From: Prevotellaceae bacterium UBA6974
GTDB taxonomy: Bacteria; Bacteroidota; Bacteroidia; Bacteroidales; Bacteroidaceae
Assembly (NCBI GenBank): GCA_002450165.1
Contig: DJYQ01000012.1
Span: 519-64,518, forward strand
Direction: 5' to 3'
DNA: 64,000 nucleotides
Positions 18,119 to 28,459 of the stretch are shown piece after piece; positions within the stretch are counted from its first letter, which is position 1, and each line of letters starts with the position of its first letter. The notes under the pieces were generated by a model. It was not told the origin of the DNA. It saw only the letters and a program-made list of their open reading frames with translations, and ran no database searches. A program made the translations under genes and the position numbers.

Positions 18119-18184
18119 GGCAAAATTTGTCTTGTTTGCAGTTATCCTGTTTTATTTGCAGTTTTTCCGATGAGCAGAAAAATA

Positions 18185-18225
18185 GCCCTAAATTGCTGTA
18201 ATTTAGCAATTAGGGCCTGTTTTAT
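18185..18225 (+). terminator. Intrinsic terminator candidate after the polyprenyl synthase gene
   Basis: The stem GCCCTAAATTGCT / AGCAATTAGGGC has one bulged A and a 7-nt loop. It is followed by CTGTTTTAT. Confidence 0.55.
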
Positions 18226-18319
18226 GCTTCGTGAGAATCGTCTAAAATAAAATTTATGGCCAACGGGTCGTAAATTTTGGACTCTCACGCGGTGAAAATT
18301 GGGGTAGGGTAGGGGAGTC

Positions 18320-19201
18320 TCAGAAGAATTTTACTTCCTGCCCTAAAACTTCGCTCAGAAGCAGGTTTGCCAACCGGCTGGTGCCAAGACGCAGATATTG
18401 GTTTGTCAACCACTTCTCGCCAAGTACTTCCTTGACGATGGTATAGTATGTTACTGCATCTTTGACCGTGTTGATTCCACCAGCTGGTTTAAAACCGATT
18501 TGGATACCAGTCTGATTGTAGTACTCCTTGATGGCTTCGCACATGATATATGCGGCTTCGGGTGTTGCCGCGATTTTTTCCTTGCCGGTCGATGTCTTGA
18601 TGTAGTCTGCTCCGGCAAACATGGACAGCAGGGATGCCTTCTTTATTTCTGTGCCGTTTGCAAGACATCCGGTTTCTAGTATTACCTTCATCTTCTTGTT
18701 GCCGCATACGGCTTTCAGTTCACTGATTTCATCACATACTGTCTCGTAGTCTCCGCTTTGGAATTTGCCTACGCTCATAACAATGTCAATTTCGGTAGCT
18801 CCGTCTTTTATGGCGAGTGCTGTTTCTGCTACCTTAACCTCGAGAAGGGCTTGCGAACTGGGAAAGCTGCCGCTTACGCACGCAACCTCTACGCCTTCTA
18901 CCTCCAGGCTTTGGCTGACAATCTTGGCAAAGCAAGGATATACGCAGATGGTTGCAACGTGAGGAAGGTCGGGATATGTATCCTCAAAGTCATTCACTCT
19001 TTCTGTGAATTTCAGTACACTTTCCTCGCTGTCCGTTGTCTTAAGAGTCGTTAGTTCTACACTGCCCATAAGGAATTTCTTCACGGCTGGAGTCATGTTT
19101 TCGGGAACCTTCTTCTCGATGATTTCTGCTACTTTTTTAGCAATTGCATCGTCGTTGACATTTGTGTTGTACTTGGACAACATTTCTTCGTACTTATCCA
19201 T
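18320..19201 (-). CDS. deoC: Deoxyribose-phosphate aldolase (long form)
   Basis: DYIKTSTGKE holds the Schiff-base lysine context, within a DeoC-type TIM barrel. Length is 293 aa. Confidence 0.85.
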   Translation of the reverse strand: MDKYEEMLSKYNTNVNDDAIAKKVAEIIEKKVPENMTPAVKKFLMGSVELTTLKTTDSEESVLKFTERVNDFEDTYPDLPHVATICVYPCFAKIVSQSLEVEGVEVACVSGSFPSSQALLEVKVAETALAIKDGATEIDIVMSVGKFQSGDYETVCDEISELKAVCGNKKMKVILETGCLANGTEIKKASLLSMFAGADYIKTSTGKEKIAATPEAAYIMCEAIKEYYNQTGIQIGFKPAGGINTVKDAVTYYTIVKEVLGEKWLTNQYLRLGTSRLANLLLSEVLGQEVKFF

Positions 19202-19215
19202 ATTTTAATTATCGT

Positions 19216-19542
19216 TTATTGTTTTAACTTAGGATTGTTTATATGTCTCTCTTTGTCTCTTCCTGTTTTTTTCTCGAAGCTTTTCTGCAAGGCCTCAGTA
19301 AGATCTACGTCTGTTTGGTTGGCCAGGCAGATCAGTACCCACAGGATATCCGCCATTTCCTCGCTGGGATCCTGTTTCTCGCCTTCCTTAAAGGACTGCT
19401 CACCATATTTGCGAGCCATAATACGGGCCAGTTCTCCCACTTCCTCTGTCAGTATGGCCATATTTGTCAGTTCGTTGAAGTAACGAACGCCATACGTCTT
19501 AATCCACTGATCTACCTTATCCTGTGCTTCATGTATTGTCAT
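19216..19542 (-). CDS. MazG-like nucleotide pyrophosphohydrolase
   Basis: The motifs EEVGELARI and EEMADILWVLICLAN match the EExxE/ExxD MazG helices. Length is 108 aa. Confidence 0.85.
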   Translation of the reverse strand: MTIHEAQDKVDQWIKTYGVRYFNELTNMAILTEEVGELARIMARKYGEQSFKEGEKQDPSEEMADILWVLICLANQTDVDLTEALQKSFEKKTGRDKERHINNPKLKQ

Positions 19543-19591
19543 AGCTATCCTAACCCTATCTGGTAAATAATGTCAGTTGCTTTTTCATCTT

Positions 19592-20044
19592 TTATTCCTT
19601 GTTTTTAGTGTCCATACAAATAGTTACAGGGCCGTCGTTAAGTATCTGTACTTTCATGTCTGCACCAAATTCGCCAGTGCCTACAGAATGGCCCAGCAAG
19701 GTGCTTAGGTTGGCACAGAATCCATTGTATAGAGGTATTGCTGTCTCTGGCTTGGCTGCGTGGATATAACTGGGTCTGTTGCCTTTTTTGTAACTTGCCA
19801 TCAAAGTGAATTGGCTGACTACTATAATGTCTCCGTTTGCATCCAGGATATTTTTGTTCATTACACCGTTTTCGTCGTCAAAGATGCGCAGGTTTATTAT
19901 TTTCTTGCATAGCCAATCAATGTCTTCGGTACTGTCATCGTTGGTTATTCCGAGCAAAATGAGCATTCCGTTTCCGATGTTGCTTTTTACCGTATTGTTG
20001 ATGGTAACTGAGGCTTGGGTCACGCGTTGGATAACGACTCTCAT
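19592..20044 (-). CDS. dtd: D-aminoacyl-tRNA deacylase
   Basis: The protein starts MRVVIQRV, contains SQFTL and is 150 aa long. Confidence 0.95.
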   Translation of the reverse strand: MRVVIQRVTQASVTINNTVKSNIGNGMLILLGITNDDSTEDIDWLCKKIINLRIFDDENGVMNKNILDANGDIIVVSQFTLMASYKKGNRPSYIHAAKPETAIPLYNGFCANLSTLLGHSVGTGEFGADMKVQILNDGPVTICMDTKNKE

Positions 20045-20099
20045 AGTATTGTTTACCGATAGTTTTTATCTTATGTTTGTACAAAGATATAAAAAAGAA

Positions 20100-21917
20100 T
20101 CAATTGTTGTGTAGTGCTTGATATATTTTGGTTGATTTGTTTTCTCCCAGTATTGTTTTCAGGGCTTCGGGCGAAGCTTCTTTTATGCGTTTGACACTCT
20201 TGAAATGTTTTAGCAGGAGGTCTTTTGTCTTCGGGCCTATGCCTGGAACTGTATCGAGCTCGCTTTTGGTTTGACGCTTGCTGCGCTTGTCACGATGGAA
20301 TGTTATAGCAAATCTGTGAACCTCGTCCTGTATCTGTGTAAGGAAATGGAATAATGCCGAATCTGTTCGCAGCTGTATGGTTTTGGGAGGGAAGCCAAAA
20401 AGCAGTTCGTTAGTCCTGTGGTGATTGTTTTTGGCAAGTCCGGCAATTGGTACATTCAGTTTCAGTTCGTCTTCAACAACTTTTCGTACGACCTCCATCT
20501 GTCCCCGTCCGCCATCAGTAATAATCAGGTCGGGTAGGGGGGTGTTTTCGTCTATCATGCGGGAATATCTACGCCTTACGACCTCCTGCATTGATGCGTA
20601 GTCGTCGGGGCCATTTACCGTTTTTATATTATATTTATGGTATTCGTTTTTGCATGGTTTGGCTTTTCGGAACACTACACATCCAGCCACGGCATCGGTT
20701 CCGCTTATGTTGCTGTTGTCAAAACATTCTATGTGCATTGGTAAATTGTCCATGCCCAGTGCTTCCTGCAGTTCTTTCATAAGGCGTGCCTGTTTCTGCT
20801 CGGGATTAAGCTTGTCGCTTTGTGCCAGTCTGTCTTTCTTGTACTGCAGGACATTCATTCTGGACAGTTCCAGCAATTTCTTTTTATCACCGCGTTGTGG
20901 TATGGAAAGTTGTATACCTTCGAGTGGTAGTTCCACGTGGAACGGAATAATTATTTCCTTGCTGGTACTGCCGTATCTGTTGCGCATTTCCACAATACCA
21001 GACACGAGCAGTTCTTCGGTATTTTCGTCCATGCGTTTGGCGTATTCGAATGTGAAGGCCTTGTTGATACATCCATTTGCGACATGTAGGTAGTTTATGT
21101 AGGCGACATTCCTGTTGTCTTCGATGTTAAATACGTCAACGTCATTTATTGTATTGCTGACAACCTCGCTCTTGGATCGGTAGTTCTTTATCAGCATGTA
21201 CTGTCGCTTAACGATTTCCGCTTCCTCGAAACGCATTTCTTCGGCCAGCAGCTGCATGTCAGCCTGCAGGCGTTTTTCCAGTGATGAGGTGTTGCCCTTC
21301 AGTATTTCGGTGGCATCCGAGATGTACCTCATGTACTTCTCGTGTGTTTCGCGACCCGTACATGGTGCTGTACAGTTTTTAATGTGGTATTCCAGACATT
21401 CCCGGTGTTTGCCGTTAGCAATACTTTCGGGCGTTATAGCATGTGTGCAGCGGCGCAGTGGGTACAGTTTTCTGATTACGTCCAGCAGCATGTGCATGGT
21501 GGATATATGGCTGTACGGGCCGTAATATGTTCCCTTGCGTGTATCAATTCTGCGTGTTTCGATTATTCTTGGTAGGTATTCGTTTGTGACACATATACTG
21601 GGGTATGTCTTGCCGTCTTTTAGCAGGATGTTGTATTTAGGTGTCCACTGCTTGATAAGGTTGTTTTCAAGTAGCAATGCATCGCTCTCCGAGTTTACTA
21701 CGAAATATTTAATGTCGCGTATCTTGGATACCAGATTCCGTGTTTTGACGTTTGTATGTTCGTGATTGAAATAACTGGACACGCGTCGTTTCAGATTCTT
21801 GGCTTTGCCTATGTATATGATGACCCCGTTGTCATCCATGTATTGATAACAGCCGGGTTTCTCGGGCAGGTTTGAAACGATTTCCTTCAGGTGTTTCTGC
21901 ACTTCTTCCTTGTCCAT
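20100..21917 (-). CDS. uvrC: Excinuclease ABC subunit C
   Basis: The GIY-YIG block is PGCYQYMDDNGVIIYIGKAKNLKRRV. A UVR domain, an endonuclease V-like domain and a C-terminal (HhH)2 follow. I prefer the ATG at 21917 to the GTG at 21929. Confidence 0.95.
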   Translation of the reverse strand: MDKEEVQKHLKEIVSNLPEKPGCYQYMDDNGVIIYIGKAKNLKRRVSSYFNHEHTNVKTRNLVSKIRDIKYFVVNSESDALLLENNLIKQWTPKYNILLKDGKTYPSICVTNEYLPRIIETRRIDTRKGTYYGPYSHISTMHMLLDVIRKLYPLRRCTHAITPESIANGKHRECLEYHIKNCTAPCTGRETHEKYMRYISDATEILKGNTSSLEKRLQADMQLLAEEMRFEEAEIVKRQYMLIKNYRSKSEVVSNTINDVDVFNIEDNRNVAYINYLHVANGCINKAFTFEYAKRMDENTEELLVSGIVEMRNRYGSTSKEIIIPFHVELPLEGIQLSIPQRGDKKKLLELSRMNVLQYKKDRLAQSDKLNPEQKQARLMKELQEALGMDNLPMHIECFDNSNISGTDAVAGCVVFRKAKPCKNEYHKYNIKTVNGPDDYASMQEVVRRRYSRMIDENTPLPDLIITDGGRGQMEVVRKVVEDELKLNVPIAGLAKNNHHRTNELLFGFPPKTIQLRTDSALFHFLTQIQDEVHRFAITFHRDKRSKRQTKSELDTVPGIGPKTKDLLLKHFKSVKRIKEASPEALKTILGENKSTKIYQALHNN

Positions 21918-21936
21918 TTTACACGGCACGTTAGGA

Positions 21937-22467
21937 CTAAGATATTTTTAGCAATGTGGTAATCTCTACGTCATCCAAAATGTCGCGGCCATGCAGTCCC
22001 TCGATAGTTAGCTCGATGATGAAGTTTACGTAAATCTTCCTTGGGTTAAACTGCTTGACCAGGTCGATGGTGGCGCGCATGCTACCGCCGGTTGCCAGCA
22101 GGTCGTCATGAATGAGCACGACGTCATCTGGGCGAATGGCATCGCTAACCATGCAGATGCGGTCCTTGCCGTACTCCTTATCGTATTCAATAGACACAAC
22201 CTCTCCGGGAAGCTTGTTGGGCTTTCGTGCCATCACGAAACCGGCATTCAGGTCAGCTGCTGCTATTGCGCCAAGCATAAAGCCTCGGCTTTCCAGCCCA
22301 ACCACCTTGGTAATCCCCATGTTTTTATATAGTTTTACTGTTTCTTCCCTCATGATGCTCAGGCATTCGGGATTGCCAAACAGCGAGGTGATGTCCTGGA
22401 ACTGTATTCCGGGTATTGGAAAATCGGGGACTACGCGCAGGTGTTTTAGTAAGATAGGATTATTCAT
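21937..22467 (-). CDS. apt: Adenine phosphoribosyltransferase
   Basis: The N-terminal block is VPDFPIPGIQFQDIT and the PRPP-binding loop is VVLIHDDLLATGGS. I prefer the ATG at 22467 to the GTG at 22497. Confidence 0.9.
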   Translation of the reverse strand: MNNPILLKHLRVVPDFPIPGIQFQDITSLFGNPECLSIMREETVKLYKNMGITKVVGLESRGFMLGAIAAADLNAGFVMARKPNKLPGEVVSIEYDKEYGKDRICMVSDAIRPDDVVLIHDDLLATGGSMRATIDLVKQFNPRKIYVNFIIELTIEGLHGRDILDDVEITTLLKIS

Positions 22468-22503
22468 TTCTGTTATGTTTTGTTGTATATGTTTCACGTG
22501 AAA

Positions 22504-24390
22504 CTATCTGCCCAATAATATCAGCAGAACGTTGATGTCGGACGGCGATACCCCGGGGATTCTTGATGCTTGTGCCAGGGTCTCAGGATTGATGGAAGCA
22601 AGTTTCTGTCTTGCCTCGGTTGAAAGGGAGTTGATGGATGGGTAGTCAAACCGTCCTCGTATCCGGATGTTTTCCAACCTTTGCATCTTTGATGCAACTT
22701 CGCGTTCGCGCATGATGTAGCCGCTGTATTTCATGCGTATTTCCGCAGCCTCGACAATCTCGTCCCTGCGGCTGCCGAACTTGTCTGTAAACTGCTGTAA
22801 AACAGGCATGTAAGGTGACAGTTTTTGGATGCTGACCTGGGGGCGCGCAACAAGCTCTGTCAGCTTGCATCCTTTCTGTAACGGTGTGGTGCCAAGTGTG
22901 ACAAGAGCGTCATTTATCGGGGCTGCTTTTATTGAGTATTCGTTGCAGAACTGGATAAGTTCTTCAATCTTCTGCTTTTTCTCCAGCCAATGGTTCAGTC
23001 GTGACTGTGTTGCCAAACCTATGCTGTAGCTTTTTTCGGTAAGACGTGCGTCTGCATCGTCCTGACGGAGCAGGATACGATATTCGGCACGTGATGTAAA
23101 CATACGGTATGGTTCATCTACTCCCTTTGTCACGATGTCATCTATCAGCACACCGATGTATGCCTCGTCCCGGTGTAGGACGAACGGTTCTTTGCCTTGC
23201 AGCTTAAGTGCTGCGTTAATGCCGGCAATCAAACCCTGACCTGCAGCTTCCTCGTATCCCGTCGTGCCGTTGACCTGTCCTGCCAGATAGAGTCCTTCTA
23301 CGACTTTGGATTCCATAGTGTGGTACAACTGAGTGGGGTCAAAATAGTCATATTCGATGGCATACCCTGGGCGATATATTTTCAGGTCACGGAAGGCCGG
23401 AATCAGTTTCAGTGCCTCTATCTGGGTCTCTATGGGCAGTGAGGAAGAAAAGCCGTTCAGATAGTACTCCTGTGTATTGACTCCCTCCGGCTCCAGAAAC
23501 AGGAGATGGCTGTCCTTGTCGGCAAATGTTACCAGTTTGGTTTCGATGCTGGGACAGTATCGGGGACCTATGCTCTGAATCTGTCCGTTGAAGAGCGGAG
23601 AATCTTCAAGCCCTTCTCGTAACCTGTCATGAACGGCCTTGTTTGTGTATGTAATCCAACATGGTAACTGTGGCAATTTGTGGTTGCTGCCCATGTACGA
23701 GAAACGTCCGCAAACCTCATCGCCAGGTTGTTCGGCCATATCTTCGAAGTGAACGCTGCGTCCATCAATGCGTACAGGCGTCCCAGTCTTCATGCGCCCG
23801 ACTCGTATGCCGTTTCGTGCAATGCTTTCCGTCAGTAGCTTGGATGCCGGTTCCGAACAGCGTCCGCCTTCCAGCTTGTTGCGGCCGATGTGCATCAGAC
23901 CGTTCAGGAATGTGCCTGTGGTGATGATTACGCTCTTTGCCATTATCTCCACTCCCCAGATGGTCCGGACGCCCGCGACAGTGTTCTTGCCCGTTCCGTC
24001 GTTGGATGTTATCAACTCTGTGACCTGGTCCTGCCAGATGCTCAGATTCGGGGTGTTGTCCAGCATTTCGCGCCATGCCCAGATGAATTTGCTCCGGTCG
24101 CATTGCGCACGTGGACTCCACATGGCAGGGCCTTTGCTACGGTTTAGCATCCTGAATTGGATGGCAGTTAGGTCTGCGATTTCGCCCATGTGGCCACCCA
24201 GTGCATCAATCTCACGTACTATCTGACCTTTGGCAATACCGCCTATTGCCGGGTTGCAGGACATTTGTGCTATCTTGTTCATATCCATTGTGATAAGACA
24301 TGTTTTTGCGCCTATTCCTGCACTGGCGCAAGCGGCCTCGCAACCGGCGTGGCCTGCCCCCACAACTATAACATCGTATAATAGTTTCAT
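22504..24390 (-). CDS. mnmG: tRNA uridine-5-carboxymethylaminomethyl modification enzyme MnmG (GidA)
   Basis: The FAD fingerprint is YDVIVVGAGHAGCEAA, and the protein has full-length GidA architecture. I prefer the ATG at 24390 to the TTG at 24405. Confidence 0.95.
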   Translation of the reverse strand: MKLLYDVIVVGAGHAGCEAACASAGIGAKTCLITMDMNKIAQMSCNPAIGGIAKGQIVREIDALGGHMGEIADLTAIQFRMLNRSKGPAMWSPRAQCDRSKFIWAWREMLDNTPNLSIWQDQVTELITSNDGTGKNTVAGVRTIWGVEIMAKSVIITTGTFLNGLMHIGRNKLEGGRCSEPASKLLTESIARNGIRVGRMKTGTPVRIDGRSVHFEDMAEQPGDEVCGRFSYMGSNHKLPQLPCWITYTNKAVHDRLREGLEDSPLFNGQIQSIGPRYCPSIETKLVTFADKDSHLLFLEPEGVNTQEYYLNGFSSSLPIETQIEALKLIPAFRDLKIYRPGYAIEYDYFDPTQLYHTMESKVVEGLYLAGQVNGTTGYEEAAGQGLIAGINAALKLQGKEPFVLHRDEAYIGVLIDDIVTKGVDEPYRMFTSRAEYRILLRQDDADARLTEKSYSIGLATQSRLNHWLEKKQKIEELIQFCNEYSIKAAPINDALVTLGTTPLQKGCKLTELVARPQVSIQKLSPYMPVLQQFTDKFGSRRDEIVEAAEIRMKYSGYIMREREVASKMQRLENIRIRGRFDYPSINSLSTEARQKLASINPETLAQASRIPGVSPSDINVLLILLGR

Positions 24391-24478
24391 CAAATATTCA
24401 ATCAATACTCTTCTCGCAAAAGTACTTATTTTCTTTTAGTTATTTGTTAAAAATGTTGTACAAATCAACAAAAAACAT

Positions 24479-24486
24479 TAAATTTG
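24479..24486 (+). promoter_or_regulatory. Candidate -7 box (TAAATTTG) for frdCAB
   Basis: It matches TAnnTTTG, 87 nt upstream of the ATG at 24573. The leader contains an 8-bp hairpin, CATACCTA-AAAG-TAGGTATG. Confidence 0.4.
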
Positions 24487-24572
24487 TGGCGAATGTCATA
24501 CCTAAAAGTAGGTATGCGCGCGCAAAAACTGAAACGAATAAATATTAACTAAAAACTTTCAATTAAAATCCT

Positions 24573-25325
24573 ATGTGGTTAATCAAATCATCAATTGGTA
24601 GAAAGGTGGTGATGTCAGTAACGGGTATTGCCCTGATCCTGTTCCTTACCTTTCACGCGTCAATGAATGTTGTCGCCCTGATTAGTGCGAAGGGTTACAA
24701 CATGATTTGTGAGTTCTTGGGAGCAAACTGGTACGCAGTTGTTGCAACCGTCGGTCTTGCATGTCTTGTGGCCCTGCATTTCATCTTTGCAATTTGGCTC
24801 ACATTGCAGAACAACAAAGCTCGTGGCAACAGCAAGTACGCTGTTACTGACAAGCCTGCCAAGGTCGAGTGGGCAAGCCAGAACATGTTAGTCCTGGGCT
24901 TCATCGTTATCTGCGGCATGTGTCTGCACCTGTACAACTTCTGGTGGAATATGATGGCGGCTGAGCTGATTCAGGGCGAGGAAGCCCAGAATGCTGCCAA
25001 CGGTGTGTATTGGATTGTGCGTACATTCCATGGCGCATGTCCTTCACAGCCTACATCATGCTGCGGTTATGGCTACACCGCTGTCTATCTGGTATGGCTG
25101 GCAGCATTGTGGTTCCACCTGAACCATGGTTTCTGGAGCGCTTTGCAGACTTTGGGATGGAACGGCAAGATATGGATGTGCCGCTGGCAGATAATCGGTT
25201 GCATATATACAACCGTTGTCATCTTGATGTTTGTTGTTGTTGCTGTTGCATTCTGCCTGGGCTATGTTCCTTGTGATTTCAAGGAGGCTATGCATGGTGC
25301 CATGAAGTGCTGCGGTGCTTGCTAA
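24573..25325 (+). CDS. frdC: Fumarate reductase / succinate dehydrogenase cytochrome b subunit (Bacteroidetes type)
   Basis: This multi-TM 250-aa protein lies directly upstream of the flavoprotein and Fe-S subunits. Confidence 0.85.
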   Translation: MWLIKSSIGRKVVMSVTGIALILFLTFHASMNVVALISAKGYNMICEFLGANWYAVVATVGLACLVALHFIFAIWLTLQNNKARGNSKYAVTDKPAKVEWASQNMLVLGFIVICGMCLHLYNFWWNMMAAELIQGEEAQNAANGVYWIVRTFHGACPSQPTSCCGYGYTAVYLVWLAALWFHLNHGFWSALQTLGWNGKIWMCRWQIIGCIYTTVVILMFVVVAVAFCLGYVPCDFKEAMHGAMKCCGAC

Positions 25326-25350
25326 TTGTGAATTAATAATTAAGAATTGA
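25323..25350. repeat. Short AATTNNN heptamer run (4 units) in the frdC-frdA spacer
   Basis: AATT starts at 25323, 25330, 25337 and 25344, giving AATTGTG AATTAAT AATTAAG AATTGAC. Confidence 0.6.
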
Positions 25351-25358
25351 CATAAGTT

Positions 25359-27341
25359 ATGGCAAAGAAAATAGATTCAAGAATCCCCGAGGGACCTATT
25401 GCTGAAAAATGGACCAATTACAAGGCGCATCAACGTTTGGTTAACCCAAAGAATAAGCTCAAACTTGACGTAATAGTCGTTGGTACGGGTTTGGCAGGTG
25501 CTTCTGCAGCATCATCGCTGGCCGAGATGGGTTTCAATGTGTATAATTTCTGCATCCAGGATTCACCGCGTCGTGCACATTCAATTGCTGCCCAGGGTGG
25601 TATCAATGCTGCTAAGAATTATCAGAACGACGGTGACAGCGTCTACCGTCTCTTCTACGATACCGTAAAGGGTGGTGACTATCGTGCCCGTGAGGCTAAT
25701 GTTTATCGTCTGGCCGAGGTTAGCAACAATATCATTGACCAGTGCGTAGCACAGGGCGTTCCTTTTGCTCGTGAGTATGGTGGTATGCTTGCAAACCGTT
25801 CGTTCGGTGGCGCTCAGGTATCACGTACATTCTATGCCAAGGGACAGACGGGTCAGCAGTTGTTGCTGGGTGCATACTCATCACTGAGCCGTATGGTGCA
25901 GGCAGGCAAGGTTAAACTATATACACGTTATGAGATGGAGGATGTCGTCATCGTTGACGGCCGCGCACGTGGTATAATTGCCAAGGATTTGTGCACAGGT
26001 GAGCTGAAGCGCTTCAGCGCCAACGCAGTTGTAATAGCTACCGGTGGTTATGGCAATGCTTACTTCCTCAGTACAAATGCCATGGGATGTAACTGCACGG
26101 CAGCTATTCAGTGCTACCGCAAGGGTGCGTATATGGCCAATCCGTCATACGTGCAAATTCACCCGACCTGTATTCCCGTACATGGTGACAAGCAGTCAAA
26201 ACTGACTTTGATGTCCGAATCGCTGCGTAACGACGGCCGTATCTGGGTACCAAAGAAACTGGAGGATGCCAAGGCTTTGCAGGCAGGTACCAAGCAGGGT
26301 TACGAGATTCCCGAGGAGGATCGTGACTACTATCTGGAGCGCCGTTATCCCGCATTCGGCAACCTTGTTCCACGTGACGTAGCCAGTCGTGCTGCAAAGG
26401 AGCGTTGCGACAAGGGCTTCGGCGTAAACAACACAGGCCTGGCAGTATTCCTGGATTTCTCAGAATCCATTCAGCGTCTGGGTATTGACGAGATACGTCA
26501 GCGCTACGGTAACCTGTTTGACATGTACGAGGAGATTACAGACGTTAATCCAGGCGAACTGGCCAAGAGCGTCAATGGTGTTGATTACTACTACCCAATG
26601 ATGATTTTCCCCGCCATTCACTACACAATGGGTGGTATATGGGTTGACTACGAGTTGCAGACAAGCATTCCGGGTCTGTTCGCTATCGGTGAGTGCAATT
26701 TCTCTGACCATGGCGCAAACCGTTTGGGTGCATCGGCTCTGATGCAGGGCCTGGCTGACGGCTATTTCGTTCTTCCATATACGATACAGAACTACCTTGC
26801 AGACCAGTCAATATGGCCACGTCTTTCTACAGACCTGCCAGAGTTCGCAGCAACCGAGAAAGCTGTTTCTGACGAGATTGACCGCCTGATGAATATCAAG
26901 GGTAAGCGTTCGGTGGACTCAATCCACAAGGAACTTGGACATATCATGTGGGAACACGTTGGTATGGGCCGTACCAAGGAGGGTCTTGATGAGGGTCTGA
27001 AACTTCTGAAAGGCATCCGTAAGGAGTTCAACGAGAACCTCTTCATCCCAGGTACCAAGGAAGGCGTCAACATTGAGCTGGACAAGGCTATCCACCTGCG
27101 TGACTTTATCCTGATGGGCGAACTCGTTGCATACGACGCCCTGCACCGCGAGGAGAGTTGCGGCGGTCATTTCCGCGAAGAGCACCAGACCGAGGAAGGT
27201 GAAGCTAAGCGTGATGACGAGAATTTCTTCTACGTAGGCTGTTGGGAGTACCAGAAGGACGACGAGACGGCACCAGAGTTGATCAAGGAGCCTCTCAACT
27301 ACGAGATTATCAAGGTACAGCAGCGTAATTACAAGAACTAA
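25359..27341 (+). CDS. frdA: Fumarate reductase / succinate dehydrogenase flavoprotein subunit
   Basis: The FAD fold starts at [28 protein letters not shown] holds the covalent-FAD histidine context. Length is 660 aa. Confidence 0.95.
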   Translation: MAKKIDSRIPEGPIAEKWTNYKAHQRLVNPKNKLKLDVIVVGTGLAGASAASSLAEMGFNVYNFCIQDSPRRAHSIAAQGGINAAKNYQNDGDSVYRLFYDTVKGGDYRAREANVYRLAEVSNNIIDQCVAQGVPFAREYGGMLANRSFGGAQVSRTFYAKGQTGQQLLLGAYSSLSRMVQAGKVKLYTRYEMEDVVIVDGRARGIIAKDLCTGELKRFSANAVVIATGGYGNAYFLSTNAMGCNCTAAIQCYRKGAYMANPSYVQIHPTCIPVHGDKQSKLTLMSESLRNDGRIWVPKKLEDAKALQAGTKQGYEIPEEDRDYYLERRYPAFGNLVPRDVASRAAKERCDKGFGVNNTGLAVFLDFSESIQRLGIDEIRQRYGNLFDMYEEITDVNPGELAKSVNGVDYYYPMMIFPAIHYTMGGIWVDYELQTSIPGLFAIGECNFSDHGANRLGASALMQGLADGYFVLPYTIQNYLADQSIWPRLSTDLPEFAATEKAVSDEIDRLMNIKGKRSVDSIHKELGHIMWEHVGMGRTKEGLDEGLKLLKGIRKEFNENLFIPGTKEGVNIELDKAIHLRDFILMGELVAYDALHREESCGGHFREEHQTEEGEAKRDDENFFYVGCWEYQKDDETAPELIKEPLNYEIIKVQQRNYKN

Positions 27342-27366
27342 TAACCCTTAATCCTAAAGATTTATT

Positions 27367-28125
27367 ATGGCTAAGAATTTAAATGTTACTATCAAATTCT
27401 GGAAGCAGAACGGTCCTAAGGACAAGGGCCACTTTGATACACACGAATTGAAGAATATTCCAGACGACACATCTTTCCTGGAGGCTCTGGACATCATGAA
27501 CGAGGAGCTTATCAACGAGGGTAAGGAGCCATTTGTGTTCGATCACGATTGCCGCGAAGGCATTTGTGGTATGTGTTCGCTATACATCAATGGCACACCG
27601 CATGGAAAGACCGAGCGTGGAGCGACAACATGCCAGTTGTATATGCGTAAGTTCAAGGACGGTGAGACAATTACCGTAGAACCATGGCGTTCAGCAGGTT
27701 TTCCCGTCATCAAGGACTGTATGGTGGACCGTTATGCATTTGACAAGATTATTCAGGCAGGCGGATACACATCAATCCGTGCCGGCCAGGCTCAGGATGC
27801 AAATGCAATCCTTATCAGCAAGGAGGCCGCAGACGAGGCAATGGACTGCGCAACATGTATCGGTTGCGGTGCCTGCGTAGCAGCATGTAAGAATGGTTCT
27901 GCCATGCTCTTCGTAAGCTCCAAGGTTAGCCAGCTGGCACTCCTGCCACAGGGTAAGGTCGAGGCTGCCAGGCGTGCCAAGGCTATGGTTGCCAAGATGG
28001 ACGAACTGGGCTTCGGCAACTGCACCAACACACGTGCCTGCGAGGCTGTATGCCCCAAGTGCGAGTCAATCTCCAATATAGCCCGTCTTAACCGCGAGTT
28101 TATAAAGGCAAAACTGGCCGATTAG
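27367..28125 (+). CDS. frdB: Fumarate reductase / succinate dehydrogenase iron-sulfur subunit
   Basis: Cys clusters are [23 protein letters not shown] and CEAVCP. Confidence 0.95.
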   Translation: MAKNLNVTIKFWKQNGPKDKGHFDTHELKNIPDDTSFLEALDIMNEELINEGKEPFVFDHDCREGICGMCSLYINGTPHGKTERGATTCQLYMRKFKDGETITVEPWRSAGFPVIKDCMVDRYAFDKIIQAGGYTSIRAGQAQDANAILISKEAADEAMDCATCIGCGACVAACKNGSAMLFVSSKVSQLALLPQGKVEAARRAKAMVAKMDELGFGNCTNTRACEAVCPKCESISNIARLNREFIKAKLAD

Positions 28126-28174
28126 CAGAGTGTAGGGCGATGCTTGCCCGTGTTTTTACCAACTAAGTATATAT

Positions 28175-28208
28175 GCCGTGTCGGACACTTTCCGACACGG
28201 CTATTTTT
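28175..28208 (+). terminator. Rho-independent terminator of frdCAB
   Basis: A perfect 11-bp stem, GCCGTGTCGGA / TCCGACACGGC, has a 5-nt loop and is followed by TATTTTTAT. Confidence 0.85.
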
Positions 28209-28229
28209 ATGTACTTTCTTCTATACCCT

Positions 28230-28419
28230 TAGCCATACTATTCCCATACATTAGAAAGGGAGATGACTCGATTGTTGTCCAGTAGTTGCTCGGTATATGT
28301 CCGGTACATGTTCGGTGTAACACCGGACAACTACCGGACATATAGCGGACATGTACCGGACATGTACCGGACATATGCCCAAGGAAAGATATAGGTATAG
28401 TATGGGAAAGGTATGGCTA
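28230..28419. repeat. Nested palindromic element: 20-bp outer inverted repeats enclosing an 11-bp CGGACATGTAC array
   Basis: The outer arms are TAGCCATACTATTCCCATAC (28230-28249) and GTATGGGAAAGGTATGGCTA (28400-28419), complementary at 18 of 20 positions. Inside, two inverted 11-mers (28293-28314) and five direct 11-mers (28324-28378) are symmetric about GGTGTAACACC. Confidence 0.85.
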
Positions 28420-28459
28420 TTCATTTCTTCCAGGAAGATGAAGGCTGACCAGTTTACTG

